Shown here: piece by piece, positions 1 through 8,895 of the stretch
How the letters are laid out: the number at the start of each line of letters is the position of its first letter
Position numbering within the stretch: the first letter of the stretch is position 1
Origin: Candidatus Omnitrophota bacterium
GTDB lineage: Bacteria > Omnitrophota > Gorgyraeia > Zapsychrales > JANLHA01
DNA length: 64,000 nt
NCBI GenBank assembly: GCA_023247795.1
Contig: JAHFFT010000001.1
Span: 2,868-66,867 of the forward strand
Direction of reading: 5' to 3'
Made by a program: the position numbers and the translations under genes
Notes under the pieces: model-generated
The model's database searches: none
Seen by the model: the letters and a program-made list of their open reading frames with translations, nothing else
Told to the model about the DNA's origin: nothing

Positions 1-824
1 GCGATGGCCGTCGGGGTTTTTTGCTGGGTATGCGCGGCCAGATCAGTGATCGTCAGATTGATTTCATGGCCAATCCCGCTTAAGACGACAATCGGCATCT
101 GCGCGATCTTTTTAGCGATGCTCTCACTGTCAAAACAACTGAGCTCGGCAATGGAACCACCGCCGCGGGTGATAACCAAGACATCCAAATCATCAACTGT
201 ACTCAGTTCATCCAAAGCGCGACAGACGTCAGCCTCAGCCCTGCTCCCCTGCATCAAGGTGTTGCGACAAAAAATTTTAAATCCGTATCCGCTCAAACGC
301 AGTTCCGAAACAAAATCATGATACGCCGCCGAGTCATACGCCGTGATCAAACCGATGTTCAATGGGACCTGTGGAAAGGCAAGCTGCTTATTCGCGTCAA
401 GAACACCTTTGCTTTTTAACTCAGCAATCAATTTTTGCTTGGCCTGAGCGATTTTACCCAACGTATAAGTGGGATCAATATTCTCAACGATCAAACGGAG
501 CGCGCCATGCGGTGGATAAAAATCAATCCGGCATAAAAACTTGACCTCGATATCGTCTTTCAAAGGAAAGGCGTTTTGAGCGTCGGCCAAAACCTCCTCG
601 ATATAAATCTTCTTGCCGGAAAAAATCACCAGTCCCACACGGGCGACAATGTCCTTGGTCTTAATATCCTTCTCGCAGAGCTCAAAAAAGACATGCTTCT
701 TGTCCCGGTTGCGGTTAAATCCCTGAATCTCACCGCAGACCCACACCGCCTGAGGAAACCCCATCTGTAGGACTTCCTGAATGAGGGAATTCAATGCTGA
801 TACGGTAAGGAATTCTTGTGACAT
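1..824 (-). CDS. xseA: Exodeoxyribonuclease VII large subunit, N-terminal ~274 codons (gene runs off the left window edge)
   Basis: Absent from the ORF track because no stop lies in the window. The minus-strand frame from ATG 824..822 (3 nt after the sixA stop) stays open to position 3. Hand translation gives MSQEFLTVSALNSLIQEVLQMGFPQAVWVCGEIQGF (OB-fold N-terminus) and LVITRGGGSIAELSCFDSESIAKKIAQMPIVVLSGIGHEINLTITD, matching the XseA RGGGS/GHE core. Plus-strand ORFs 4..770 are antisense to it. Confidence 0.85.
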   Translation of the reverse strand, partial: MSQEFLTVSALNSLIQEVLQMGFPQAVWVCGEIQGFNRNRDKKHVFFELCEKDIKTKDIVARVGLVIFSGKKIYIEEVLADAQNAFPLKDDIEVKFLCRIDFYPPHGALRLIVENIDPTYTLGKIAQAKQKLIAELKSKGVLDANKQLAFPQVPLNIGLITAYDSAAYHDFVSELRLSGYGFKIFCRNTLMQGSRAEADVCRALDELSTVDDLDVLVITRGGGSIAELSCFDSESIAKKIAQMPIVVLSGIGHEINLTITDLAAHTQQKTPTAI

Positions 825-827
825 TGT

Positions 828-1280
828 TTAGCGAAGCGAAGAAGGATTGATCAAAGAAACCAACTTCCAATTCCCTTTGGAATCGCGGTCCAAAATTGCC
901 AAACTGCCGGTTTGAAAACCAACCGCGTTCTGGGCCTCATCATAAGCCAACAATTTCATGGCCAGCGTCCCCAAAAATGGCATGTGCCCCGCGATCAGGA
1001 CCACCTTTTTTTCCTTGGATAAATCTTCCATAAAACCCTCCACCGGGTCATTGGGGTTAAGATCGTTTCTGATCTCAATGGAAACATTCGCGGCAACTTT
1101 CTGTTGAATGATTTTTGCGGTCTCTTGAGCGCGGGCCTTGGGACTGGAATAAATCCGTTCAATCACGGCCTGTTCTTTCAGCAAAAATTCCGCGATGGCT
1201 TCGACTTCCCTCTTCCCAGCAAAATTGAGCGATTCGGTTTCCGTCGCGTATTGCCCGTGGCGCAGCAAATAAAGTTTCAT
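828..1280 (-). CDS. sixA: Phosphohistidine phosphatase SixA-type (histidine phosphatase superfamily)
   Basis: ORF 828..1292. The preferred ATG at 1280 gives MKLYLLRHGQ (RHG catalytic motif), with a second His in LIAGHMPFLG. The ~150-aa size is typical of SixA. There is an ATGA start/stop overlap with the upstream ORF. Confidence 0.75.
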   Translation of the reverse strand: MKLYLLRHGQYATETESLNFAGKREVEAIAEFLLKEQAVIERIYSSPKARAQETAKIIQQKVAANVSIEIRNDLNPNDPVEGFMEDLSKEKKVVLIAGHMPFLGTLAMKLLAYDEAQNAVGFQTGSLAILDRDSKGNWKLVSLINPSSLR

Positions 1281-1699
1281 CCCTTGCCCCATCCTCTCAT
1301 TTTCAATTCCTTCGCGATTCCCTGCACAGCACTCTTAAGAATTCCCTCCAACGGCTTAAACCGGGCCTTTGCCTCTTCCTGCTTCTGATGAAGGACCAAC
1401 CCATTTTCTCTGGTTTTATTTTTCTCATCGGACGTGTACCAATTTTCAAAATCATGAAACCCTTTTAAGGCCTGCTGATAACTCTCAATCGCCGCGGCAT
1501 ATTTTAAGACCGGTTCCTCGAAGTTGACCTCTTTGCTTGCTTTGATCCGCTGCCAAGCGTCCAATTTAAAATCGCGCAATCGATTGATCTGAAACATGAC
1601 ATAATACGACTCTAAATTTTTAGCCGCTTCTTGATCAAGGGCCAGCAGTTCTTTTCGAAGCTGCCGTTCTTTCTGAAATTGTCGCAATAAATTTATCAT
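1277..1699 (-). CDS. Hypothetical protein (K/E/Q-rich, probably helical)
   Basis: 140-aa ORF whose stop overlaps the sixA start. No motif recognised. Confidence 0.5.
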   Translation of the reverse strand: MINLLRQFQKERQLRKELLALDQEAAKNLESYYVMFQINRLRDFKLDAWQRIKASKEVNFEEPVLKYAAAIESYQQALKGFHDFENWYTSDEKNKTRENGLVLHQKQEEAKARFKPLEGILKSAVQGIAKELKMRGWGKG

Positions 1700-1771
1700 G
1701 TCTGGAAGAATTATTTTTTTATTCTACCAAATCTGCTAAAATAAACAACCTCGAGCAAAAATATCGTATCT

Positions 1772-1801
1772 CTCACCTCGCAGGTGTACCTGCGAAGTGA
1801 G
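1772..1801. repeat. 30-nt hairpin palindrome of the CCTCGCAG...CTGCGAGG family
   Basis: CTCACCTCGCAGG-TGTA-CCTGCGAAGTGAG: 13-bp arms with one mismatch, in the divergent intergenic region between 1699 and 1843. Confidence 0.7.
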
Positions 1802-1842
1802 AATTGGTAAAGATAAAAAGCACAAAAAAGGAGAATTCGCTC

Positions 1843-2436
1843 ATGAAAAGAATGTCTCGATTTGCACAACTTGTCGTCGTTGGGTTCTTGAGTCTGCTGG
1901 CAAACCCCTGCTGGGCGGCCAGTTATTCACTTGATCAAGCGCACAGCTCCATCGGTTTTTCCATTAAGCATCTCATGGTCAGCACCATCCGCGGGAGTTT
2001 TACTGACGCATCGGGTACAATTGAGTTTGATCCGACCGCGCTCGAAACTTTTAAGGCCTCGGTCACAATTCAAGCGACCAGCATTGACACCAACAATGAA
2101 AAACGGGACAACCATTTGCGTTCCGCGGATTTTTTCGACGTGGCCAACCATCCCGCGATCACTTTTACGGGGAAATCGCTAAAGAAAAACGGTGACTCTT
2201 ATCTGATCGTTGGTGATTTGACTCTCCTCAATGTCACGAAAGAAATCTCCATTCCCTGCAGCATTCAAGGCCCGATCAAAATGCCGTCGGGCGGACAAGC
2301 CATCGGCATCTCCGGACAGACCACCATCAACCGCAAAGATTTTGGCATGACCTGGAACAAACCCATGGACCAAGGTGGATTGATGGTTGGCGAAGACGTC
2401 GCAATTGATGTCAACATCGAGGCGCATCAGAAATGA
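1843..2436 (+). CDS. YceI-family periplasmic protein
   Basis: ORF 1804..2436 opens at TTG. The ATG at 1843 is preceded by AGGAG. Signal peptide MKRMSRFAQLVVVGFLSLLANPCWA, then the YceI-like region SSIGFSIKHLMVSTIRGSFTDASG. Confidence 0.8.
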   Translation: MKRMSRFAQLVVVGFLSLLANPCWAASYSLDQAHSSIGFSIKHLMVSTIRGSFTDASGTIEFDPTALETFKASVTIQATSIDTNNEKRDNHLRSADFFDVANHPAITFTGKSLKKNGDSYLIVGDLTLLNVTKEISIPCSIQGPIKMPSGGQAIGISGQTTINRKDFGMTWNKPMDQGGLMVGEDVAIDVNIEAHQK

Positions 2437-2448
2437 ACCTCGGTTAAA

Positions 2449-2976
2449 TCAGCTGCTCAATAGCCTTTTATAAATTCGATAATCCTGGTCATCAAAACAA
2501 CAGAAAATAACTTTTTCAATTGCGGATACGCGGGAAAGGAACTCTTTAACGGTGGCGACTGCTATCTGACCTGCTTTTTCTTTTGGAAAAAGGTAAACTC
2601 CGGTGCTGATGCAGGGAAAGGCCATTGATCGAATCTTATTTTCTTCGGCAAGCAAGAGCGACCGCTGATAACATCTTCTTAAAAATTCTGCTTCGCGATG
2701 CTGCCCGCCCTTCCAAACAGGCCCAACGGTATGAATCACATATTTTGCAGATAAACGATACCCTTTCGTTATCTTCGCCTCTCCCGTCTGACATCCACCG
2801 AGTGTACGGCACTCTGCAAGAAGCTGGGGGCCGGCGGCCCGATGGATCGCCCCATCAACGCCTCCCCCGCCGAGCAGTGAAGTGTTTGCGGCATTGACAA
2901 TCGCGTCAACCGACAATCGGGTGATGTCTGCGCAGACAGCTTCGCTTTGATTCATCGACTCCATGATAACCGTCAT
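2449..2976 (-). CDS. ymdB: Macro domain protein (O-acetyl-ADP-ribose deacetylase, YmdB-like)
   Basis: [41 protein letters not shown] and [15 protein letters not shown] are canonical macro-domain motifs. The ORF-track start at 3009 is TTG. The first ATG is at 2976, so the start is uncertain. Confidence 0.85.
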   Translation of the reverse strand: MTVIMESMNQSEAVCADITRLSVDAIVNAANTSLLGGGGVDGAIHRAAGPQLLAECRTLGGCQTGEAKITKGYRLSAKYVIHTVGPVWKGGQHREAEFLRRCYQRSLLLAEENKIRSMAFPCISTGVYLFPKEKAGQIAVATVKEFLSRVSAIEKVIFCCFDDQDYRIYKRLLSS

Positions 2977-3075
2977 TCCCAATGAAAAAAAATCCTCGGA
3001 ACCGGACAAAAACTCCCCTCCCAGACTCTTTATTAAACAGATTCAATTTATCCTTTATTTTCAGACGAGTAGGAA

Positions 3076-3870
3076 CTATATCATTCTCTTTCTTACCAGC
3101 TCCATGATTTGAATGATCGCTTCTTGGGCATTGTCATAGATCACCAAATCCGCATAAATGTCATAAGGAGTTGCCATCAGATTGATGATCAAAACTTTGG
3201 CCCCCCGCCGTTTGGCCTCGATCACCAAATAGGCGGCCGGCTGGACTAAAAGGGACGCCCCAATGACGATAAAAAGATCGCTTTGCATGGTAGCCTGCAG
3301 GGATCGCAGAGAAGACTCCAAAGGCATGGGTTGTCCAAAGGCAATGGTGTTTGATTTTAAAATACCCCCGCACAAATCACAATAAGGAACCTGGATTCCC
3401 CCTCCTTTAATCCGCTGATAGATATGATCTCGAGAGAACCGGGCATAACAATGCAAACAACTGACCGAAAATATACTGCCATGGATTTCGATCACTTTTT
3501 CTTCTGACGATTGCGCCCTTTGATGAAGGCGATCGACATTTTGGGTGATCACCGCCAACAATTTCCCTTTATGTTCTAATTCCGAATAGGCATAATGAAC
3601 CTCATTCGGTTGTACCCGCAGCACCAATTCATAAAATTGCTGTTCCATTTCCCAAAAGATCTTTCGTGACCTTTCACTGTCAATGAATTGCTGATAAAGA
3701 AAGTCCTTAGGATCATATTTGGTCCAATAACTGTGTCCGATCCCTCGAAAATCAGGTACACCCGAATCCGTGCATGCCCCCGCACCAGTAAAGCCGACGA
3801 TCTTCTGTGAACCTAAAATCAACGACGCGGCACGTTCAATTTTTTCCTTTTTCTTTCGCGTTGAAAACAT
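3076..3870 (-). CDS. cobB: NAD-dependent protein deacylase (sirtuin, CobB/Sir2 family)
   Basis: GAGACTDSGVPDFRG Rossmann/NAD motif, TQNVDRLH, catalytic IEIHGS, and a Zn ribbon CLHC...CDLCGG. The ATG shares one nt with the upstream stop (TGATG). Confidence 0.85.
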   Translation of the reverse strand: MFSTRKKKEKIERAASLILGSQKIVGFTGAGACTDSGVPDFRGIGHSYWTKYDPKDFLYQQFIDSERSRKIFWEMEQQFYELVLRVQPNEVHYAYSELEHKGKLLAVITQNVDRLHQRAQSSEEKVIEIHGSIFSVSCLHCYARFSRDHIYQRIKGGGIQVPYCDLCGGILKSNTIAFGQPMPLESSLRSLQATMQSDLFIVIGASLLVQPAAYLVIEAKRRGAKVLIINLMATPYDIYADLVIYDNAQEAIIQIMELVRKRMI

Positions 3871-4958
3871 CAGCCTTGTCCAATCAGTTTTTCAAGGTCT
3901 CGCCAATAATGATCAGCAAAAACTTCTCCGCGGTACCACTCCAGACCAAATTCCGGAGAATAGACCAATTCCATGGGAACGGCATAAAATCCATCTTTTC
4001 GCTTTAATCGATTCGACTTAACTAACCAAATGATAAAAATAGTCACGGCATTGAAAGGAATAACAAAAGTTGGGAAAGGAAGATAATGGATTCCCAGATA
4101 GGTCAGAAGAACAGCGCCGAGACACCCCAAGAAGGTCAAGACACAAACATGTTTGTTAATCACAATAAAAATCCCCCCCAAGGCCAAGACAGTGGGAATC
4201 GAATTATAAATGTACAATTCCAGCATTCCAAATTCGTGTACTCCCCCCAGGAAAAAAATCAATATGATATTGATCAAGGTTGCCACGCTGACCACGAAAA
4301 ATGATAGCGAGGAATGGTAAAAAACGGCAATCATAATAATGAAAAAAGCCATCATATGATTAGAAAAGGCTTGCAAGAATATTTTTATGGTCTCCCACGT
4401 CCATTGCTTATTGGATAACGTGATGATACTCGCATTGAAATTCCGAAAATATTCGATCATACGCTCATCGGGGCCGCGCCAACTGCTCGACGGAAAAAAA
4501 TGGTTTGAAAGACTGCTCAGCAACAATAGGAGAAGTAGCGAAGGAATACTAAAGACCGGGAGGTTGGCAATTGTTCGGGCATTGAAATCACTCATCGCCT
4601 TCATCATCACTGAAGAAAGCGCCGCCGCAAAAATGAAAAGCAGAAGCGAGATAAAATTCAAATTGAAAAACCAAGCCCAGGCCACCCCAAGGACAACACC
4701 ATTGAATCCGTAAACCCCCGAGTTGATATGAAAGGGCCGCACTTTCAGATGAATGGCTGTGGCCGTCGACGCCATAACCCCTAAGACCGTCAGAAACCAT
4801 ACCTCCCTCGAAATAACAAAAATGGCGACGGATAAAAGAAAACCGGTGAGTTGATTAGGGCAAATCAGGACTTGCCCATATCCCTTTAAAAGGACCTGTA
4901 AATGTGGAAGGAATTTATCACGGGGAAGAAATTCTCTCCATTCGGTAAGATAATCCAT
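3870..4958 (-). CDS. Urea-transporter (UT) family channel-like membrane protein with an extra C-terminal cytoplasmic tail
   Basis: First-half signature LLKGYGQVLICPNQLTGFLL...LGVMASTATAIHL...SGVYGFNGVVLGVA. Second-half signature LYIYNSIPTVLALGG. About 10 hydrophobic segments, then a ~60-aa hydrophilic tail. Confidence 0.65.
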   Translation of the reverse strand: MDYLTEWREFLPRDKFLPHLQVLLKGYGQVLICPNQLTGFLLSVAIFVISREVWFLTVLGVMASTATAIHLKVRPFHINSGVYGFNGVVLGVAWAWFFNLNFISLLLFIFAAALSSVMMKAMSDFNARTIANLPVFSIPSLLLLLLLSSLSNHFFPSSSWRGPDERMIEYFRNFNASIITLSNKQWTWETIKIFLQAFSNHMMAFFIIMIAVFYHSSLSFFVVSVATLINIILIFFLGGVHEFGMLELYIYNSIPTVLALGGIFIVINKHVCVLTFLGCLGAVLLTYLGIHYLPFPTFVIPFNAVTIFIIWLVKSNRLKRKDGFYAVPMELVYSPEFGLEWYRGEVFADHYWRDLEKLIGQG

Positions 4959-4970
4959 GCGTGGACGATT

Positions 4971-6371
4971 TCATTTTTGCAGTTTCAAACGGTCGGGTAA
5001 CACATCTAGACGACGAAAGTCGGACATGACTTCCGGCATTCGCAAATATTCCGCCTCACCATGATGAACAATGACAACCGCGGGACGCGCATAAATGAAC
5101 TGCATTGATTGGCTCATATTATAAGCGCCGACATTCTTAATGATAAGCTGACTGCCCTTCTGCAACTGTGGTAAGCGCACGCCTAAACGAATCACATCGA
5201 TTTGCATGCACAAGGGGCCATACACATTCACATTATCCAAATGGGGGCCCATGTCCTGGACAGTCATAAATTCATGTTTATACCAATAAGCCGTAACCAA
5301 AATATTAACACCCGCATCAATGATAATCGCCTTTGTTCCATCAGCGAATCGTTTGGTCGCCACAACCGTTGTTATCATCGACACTGCCTCATCTACCAGG
5401 GAACGTCCCGGCTCGAGGATCAAACGGGGTTTGCTCTTAAACTCCTGAACCCGATTGCGCAACGGATAACAGAGGGCTTCCGCATACTGCTCTAAGGTCG
5501 GAATGATCGCGGAACCGGTTAAAAACTGCGAATGGAGAGTATTGCAGGAGGCATAGCCTCCCCCCATATCAAGATACTCAATCTGCACGTCGAATTCCCG
5601 CTCCAATTTTAAAGCAAAATCAATCAACTTATTAACCGCCTGATAATACGCCCCGTGGTCAGAGATGTAAGTCCCGATATGACAATGTAAGCCGTTCAAC
5701 TGCAGACTTCCCGACGAGACAACCCGACGCGCTGCTTCAAAGGCCTGTCCGGCCTCGAGATTAAAACCAAACTTACTCCAAGCCGGATAAGTCACATCAA
5801 CATTGACCCGAATCCCTACCTTCGCGGGATCCTTCTTAGACGGCCAAAGATTTTCAATTTGCTGAATCTCATCAAAAGAATCAATATTTATGATCGACTT
5901 TCCTTTTATGGCTCGCATCAGATCGGCACTTGTTTTATGGACACCATTGAAAACAATTTTTGTCGATGGCATACCTAAGTCTTCGGCCATTTCATATTCC
6001 AAACCCGAAACGACTTCTGCCCAGGCCCCTTCTTGATGCAAAATCGTACAAATACCAGAAAGATAGTTGGTCTTGTAAGAATAGGCAATATAGGTATCGG
6101 AATAAATTTTGCGTAAATTCTTGATAAAATCCCGATATCGCTGCCGAAGATCTTTCTCCGAAACAACATACAAAGGAGAACCATATTTGGCAACGAGTGT
6201 GGAGACATCCACACCGTCGATCTGCTGACAGGGAGTCGCGCTTAATGTTCGACCACGATATTTGTTCGTTGCTGCCAGCGAATGAATCGTGATCAGCGGT
6301 TTTTCGTAGGTGCCTCGGCGAACGCCGGGCGTCACAGTTTGACTTTTGGAATCATGATTTCTATGAATCAT
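4971..6371 (-). CDS. Fold-type III PLP-dependent decarboxylase (Orn/DAP/Arg decarboxylase family)
   Basis: YSYKTN (PLP lysine), GLHCHIGT, DMGGGY, EPGRSLV and GPLCMQIDV are the family motifs, in the correct order. There is an 11-nt overlap with the upstream ATP-grasp gene. Confidence 0.85.
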   Translation of the reverse strand: MIHRNHDSKSQTVTPGVRRGTYEKPLITIHSLAATNKYRGRTLSATPCQQIDGVDVSTLVAKYGSPLYVVSEKDLRQRYRDFIKNLRKIYSDTYIAYSYKTNYLSGICTILHQEGAWAEVVSGLEYEMAEDLGMPSTKIVFNGVHKTSADLMRAIKGKSIINIDSFDEIQQIENLWPSKKDPAKVGIRVNVDVTYPAWSKFGFNLEAGQAFEAARRVVSSGSLQLNGLHCHIGTYISDHGAYYQAVNKLIDFALKLEREFDVQIEYLDMGGGYASCNTLHSQFLTGSAIIPTLEQYAEALCYPLRNRVQEFKSKPRLILEPGRSLVDEAVSMITTVVATKRFADGTKAIIIDAGVNILVTAYWYKHEFMTVQDMGPHLDNVNVYGPLCMQIDVIRLGVRLPQLQKGSQLIIKNVGAYNMSQSMQFIYARPAVVIVHHGEAEYLRMPEVMSDFRRLDVLPDRLKLQK

Positions 6372-7419
6372 GAAAGATGAGTTCCTTTGTTGTTGCTAAC
6401 TGACCTAAACGACTGATCTCACACGTCATATCCAGCGAACTTCTTGCAAATAAAATCCCTGGTTTGAAGGGCAATTCAAAATCACCTTTTTTCCCAGAGG
6501 CAATCATAATAGCCGCCTTGGGCATATTACAACCGGCCTTGGCAGCCAACTGAATCCAATTCGGAAAACGCGGCCGGATATCCGTCAAAACATATTGGTT
6601 CGTAGTATGGCTCTTCACAAATTCCAATTCGGCCGGGCCACACCATTGGATTTCTTTTAACACCTTCCTCGCCATATCATCCAAGATCTCATCTTGCGTG
6701 GTCATGCCAATCCACGTTGACCCGTTTCTCGATTTGACAATTTTTTTCATGCCGGCACAAGCAACAACCTGATGCCGACGATTTGTCAGAGCGGCGATGG
6801 AATACTCATCACCACTGATATACTGCTGTAAGACCAAGGGACTTCCCCAACTCTCAAAAAATCGGTTGCTAAAAACACCTGCTTCTTGCGTAGAATAAAC
6901 TAACTGCTGTTCGCCACTGGGACATTTAACGTAAAAAGGCGAATAGAAATTCAGTGCCAAACTGGCTAATTGAGCTTGATCCCACAAAGGCATCGTATAA
7001 GGAACACCGACTTCGATGTTAACGGCCCAATAAGGAATACTTTCGGTCCGTGCTTTTCTTAAACTCGCTTCGCTGGGAATGAGCATTTTTACACCAAGGT
7101 CCCGCAGATCCGGCTCGAGTTTGATCATCGATGGGATTTCAAATTCCAGATTCGGGATAAGAAAATTGTTCTTGGACGTATCAACAATTTCTTTCATCCG
7201 TGATAGGTAACGATCTTCCTCTTCCTGCGGATAAGGAACAACATAAACCGCATCCACAAGTTTATCCAAATAGGCAATGCTGTCCAATAATTCATATACC
7301 AGCGCAATGATTTTGACTTCGAAATCGGCTTCGTTGCGAAGACAGCGAATAACCCCTATTCCGGGAGCTGGATCGGCTCCGGCATTTAAGCCGGTGACAT
7401 AAATATGATACCGTGCCAT
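6361..7419 (-). CDS. ATP-grasp family ligase (paralogue 2)
   Basis: 352 aa. The N-terminal layout is shared with 7430..8518 (YVTGLNAGADPAPGIGVIRCL vs FTGVDSTENPYPGLSVLRAI). The C-terminal ELEFVKS...VLTDIRPRFPNW resembles the ATP-grasp E-x-N/D-x-R Mg/ATP site. Confidence 0.7.
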   Translation of the reverse strand: MARYHIYVTGLNAGADPAPGIGVIRCLRNEADFEVKIIALVYELLDSIAYLDKLVDAVYVVPYPQEEEDRYLSRMKEIVDTSKNNFLIPNLEFEIPSMIKLEPDLRDLGVKMLIPSEASLRKARTESIPYWAVNIEVGVPYTMPLWDQAQLASLALNFYSPFYVKCPSGEQQLVYSTQEAGVFSNRFFESWGSPLVLQQYISGDEYSIAALTNRRHQVVACAGMKKIVKSRNGSTWIGMTTQDEILDDMARKVLKEIQWCGPAELEFVKSHTTNQYVLTDIRPRFPNWIQLAAKAGCNMPKAAIMIASGKKGDFELPFKPGILFARSSLDMTCEISRLGQLATTKELIFHDS

Positions 7420-7429
7420 ATCGACGTTG

Positions 7430-8518
7430 TTATAAAGGTGTCTGTTCGTTACTCGATAACTGGATACTGCGCCAATTGAGCGATCCCTGAAGATTCAGTT
7501 GAACCAAATGATTAAAATCACAAAAGATGTCCTCAAAAACACGGCTGAACATAACACCCTTCTTATACTCCAGTTGCGGCTCTACGCGTTCGCCTAACGC
7601 CAGTTTGAGCGTGAGCAGCGGCAAATTCAAATTGCTTGACATCGTGGTGTATATCCAAGCGGGTAACCGGGCATTGATCTCAATGATAAATTTCTTATTG
7701 AAATACGGATTCTTGATGATTTCGAGTTCCATGGGGCCTTGCCATTGCAACGCCTTAACGACCTTGCTGGCCAATTCATGAAACTCTTCGCCATCAACGG
7801 TCACGCCGGCAAAAGCTTTACCAGAATTTGTGATCCCAATTTTTTTCATCACCACTTTGGCCACGATATCACTGTTCTGGTCGGCAACCAACGCGATATC
7901 ATATTCGTCTCCATCAACACATTCCTGAACAATGAGCGGCAATCCCCATTGATAGGAAAAACGATGAAAAAAAACCTGCGCCTCATCTCGGTAATAAACC
8001 TTCTGTGCGTCAATGATCGAGCCTTTGATCAATAATGGATAATGCAGCTCAACCGAATGTTGATCAATTTCCTGGGGATCGTTGATCACATAACTCTTCG
8101 GATGATCAAATTGATTTTTTTCACAAAATTCCCTTAAAAACGCTTTCGATCGGGCCTTAACTGCCGCTTCCGGCGGAACAAAAGTCTTGATCCCGATATT
8201 CCTCAATTTATCTGCCAAACGGGCATAGGTGGCAATCTCCGAATCTAAACACGGGATCAAAACATCGATTTTGGTTTGGCGATGGATATCCTCGATCCTG
8301 GGAAATAGATAATTCTCCGGTTCGGAAGGGAAGGGGATCTGATAAACTTCATCGATCAGATCATATTTGTAAAGACCGGTCGTTACGCTATCATAAGTAA
8401 AGACAATGATTTTTCCTAGAAACTCGCCGGATTCCTTAATGGCCCGCAGCACGCTCAAACCCGGATAAGGATTCTCCGTCGAGTCTACGCCGGTGAAGGC
8501 CACATTGCAGTCAATCAT
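7430..8518 (-). CDS. ATP-grasp family ligase (paralogue 1)
   Basis: 362 aa. YPLLIKGS, LIVQECVDGDEYDI and MELEIIKN...FIIEINARLPAW (an EINxR motif) are typical of the ATP-grasp fold. Confidence 0.75.
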   Translation of the reverse strand: MIDCNVAFTGVDSTENPYPGLSVLRAIKESGEFLGKIIVFTYDSVTTGLYKYDLIDEVYQIPFPSEPENYLFPRIEDIHRQTKIDVLIPCLDSEIATYARLADKLRNIGIKTFVPPEAAVKARSKAFLREFCEKNQFDHPKSYVINDPQEIDQHSVELHYPLLIKGSIIDAQKVYYRDEAQVFFHRFSYQWGLPLIVQECVDGDEYDIALVADQNSDIVAKVVMKKIGITNSGKAFAGVTVDGEEFHELASKVVKALQWQGPMELEIIKNPYFNKKFIIEINARLPAWIYTTMSSNLNLPLLTLKLALGERVEPQLEYKKGVMFSRVFEDIFCDFNHLVQLNLQGSLNWRSIQLSSNEQTPL

Positions 8519-8889
8519 TGCTTAATTCCAATTTCTAACTCGCGCAGTTGATAAAGCAGATCATGGATATCGGAAACTAAAATTCCTTCACTGACCTCAT
8601 ATTCTTGAGTGAGTTGTTTTGCTAAGTCCTCCAGCGAAAGCCCCTCTTTGATCCTGGCGATAATAAAAGAAGCGGTCGTATTTAAAGCATAGACCCGGCC
8701 TGATTTAGCGTCAAATAAAAACCCATGACCATCTTCCGAGATTTCCGTACTCACGTGCTCCGGGATCGAAATCACATAATTTCCTAAATCCTTAAATTGG
8801 CAATCCTTCTTATTATTTCGATTGCGGAAACGTTCCAGGATTTGATCGATATCCTCGATCTTTCCTTTCCTTTTGATATACAATTTCAT
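8515..8889 (-). CDS. PqqD-like (RRE-type winged-helix) small protein
   Basis: 124 aa. GFLFDAKSGRVYALNTTASFIIARIKEGLSLEDLAKQLTQEYEVS matches the PqqD-family pattern. There is a 4-nt overlap with the downstream ATP-grasp gene. Confidence 0.6.
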   Translation of the reverse strand: MKLYIKRKGKIEDIDQILERFRNRNNKKDCQFKDLGNYVISIPEHVSTEISEDGHGFLFDAKSGRVYALNTTASFIIARIKEGLSLEDLAKQLTQEYEVSEGILVSDIHDLLYQLRELEIGIKQ

Positions 8890-8895
8890 CGTACC

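Noticed and set aside
4-770. Three plus-strand ORFs (105, 60 and 64 aa) at the left edge
   Set aside because: They are antisense to an open minus-strand frame that translates into a clear XseA N-terminal region. They have no motifs and an odd composition.
3076-3870. Sir2 protein as an anti-phage defence effector (Thoeris/DSR-like)
   Set aside because: It is a short canonical sirtuin with a Zn ribbon and catalytic His, has no sensor or partner domains, and is paired with an O-acetyl-ADP-ribose-type macro domain. It fits a housekeeping deacylase better.
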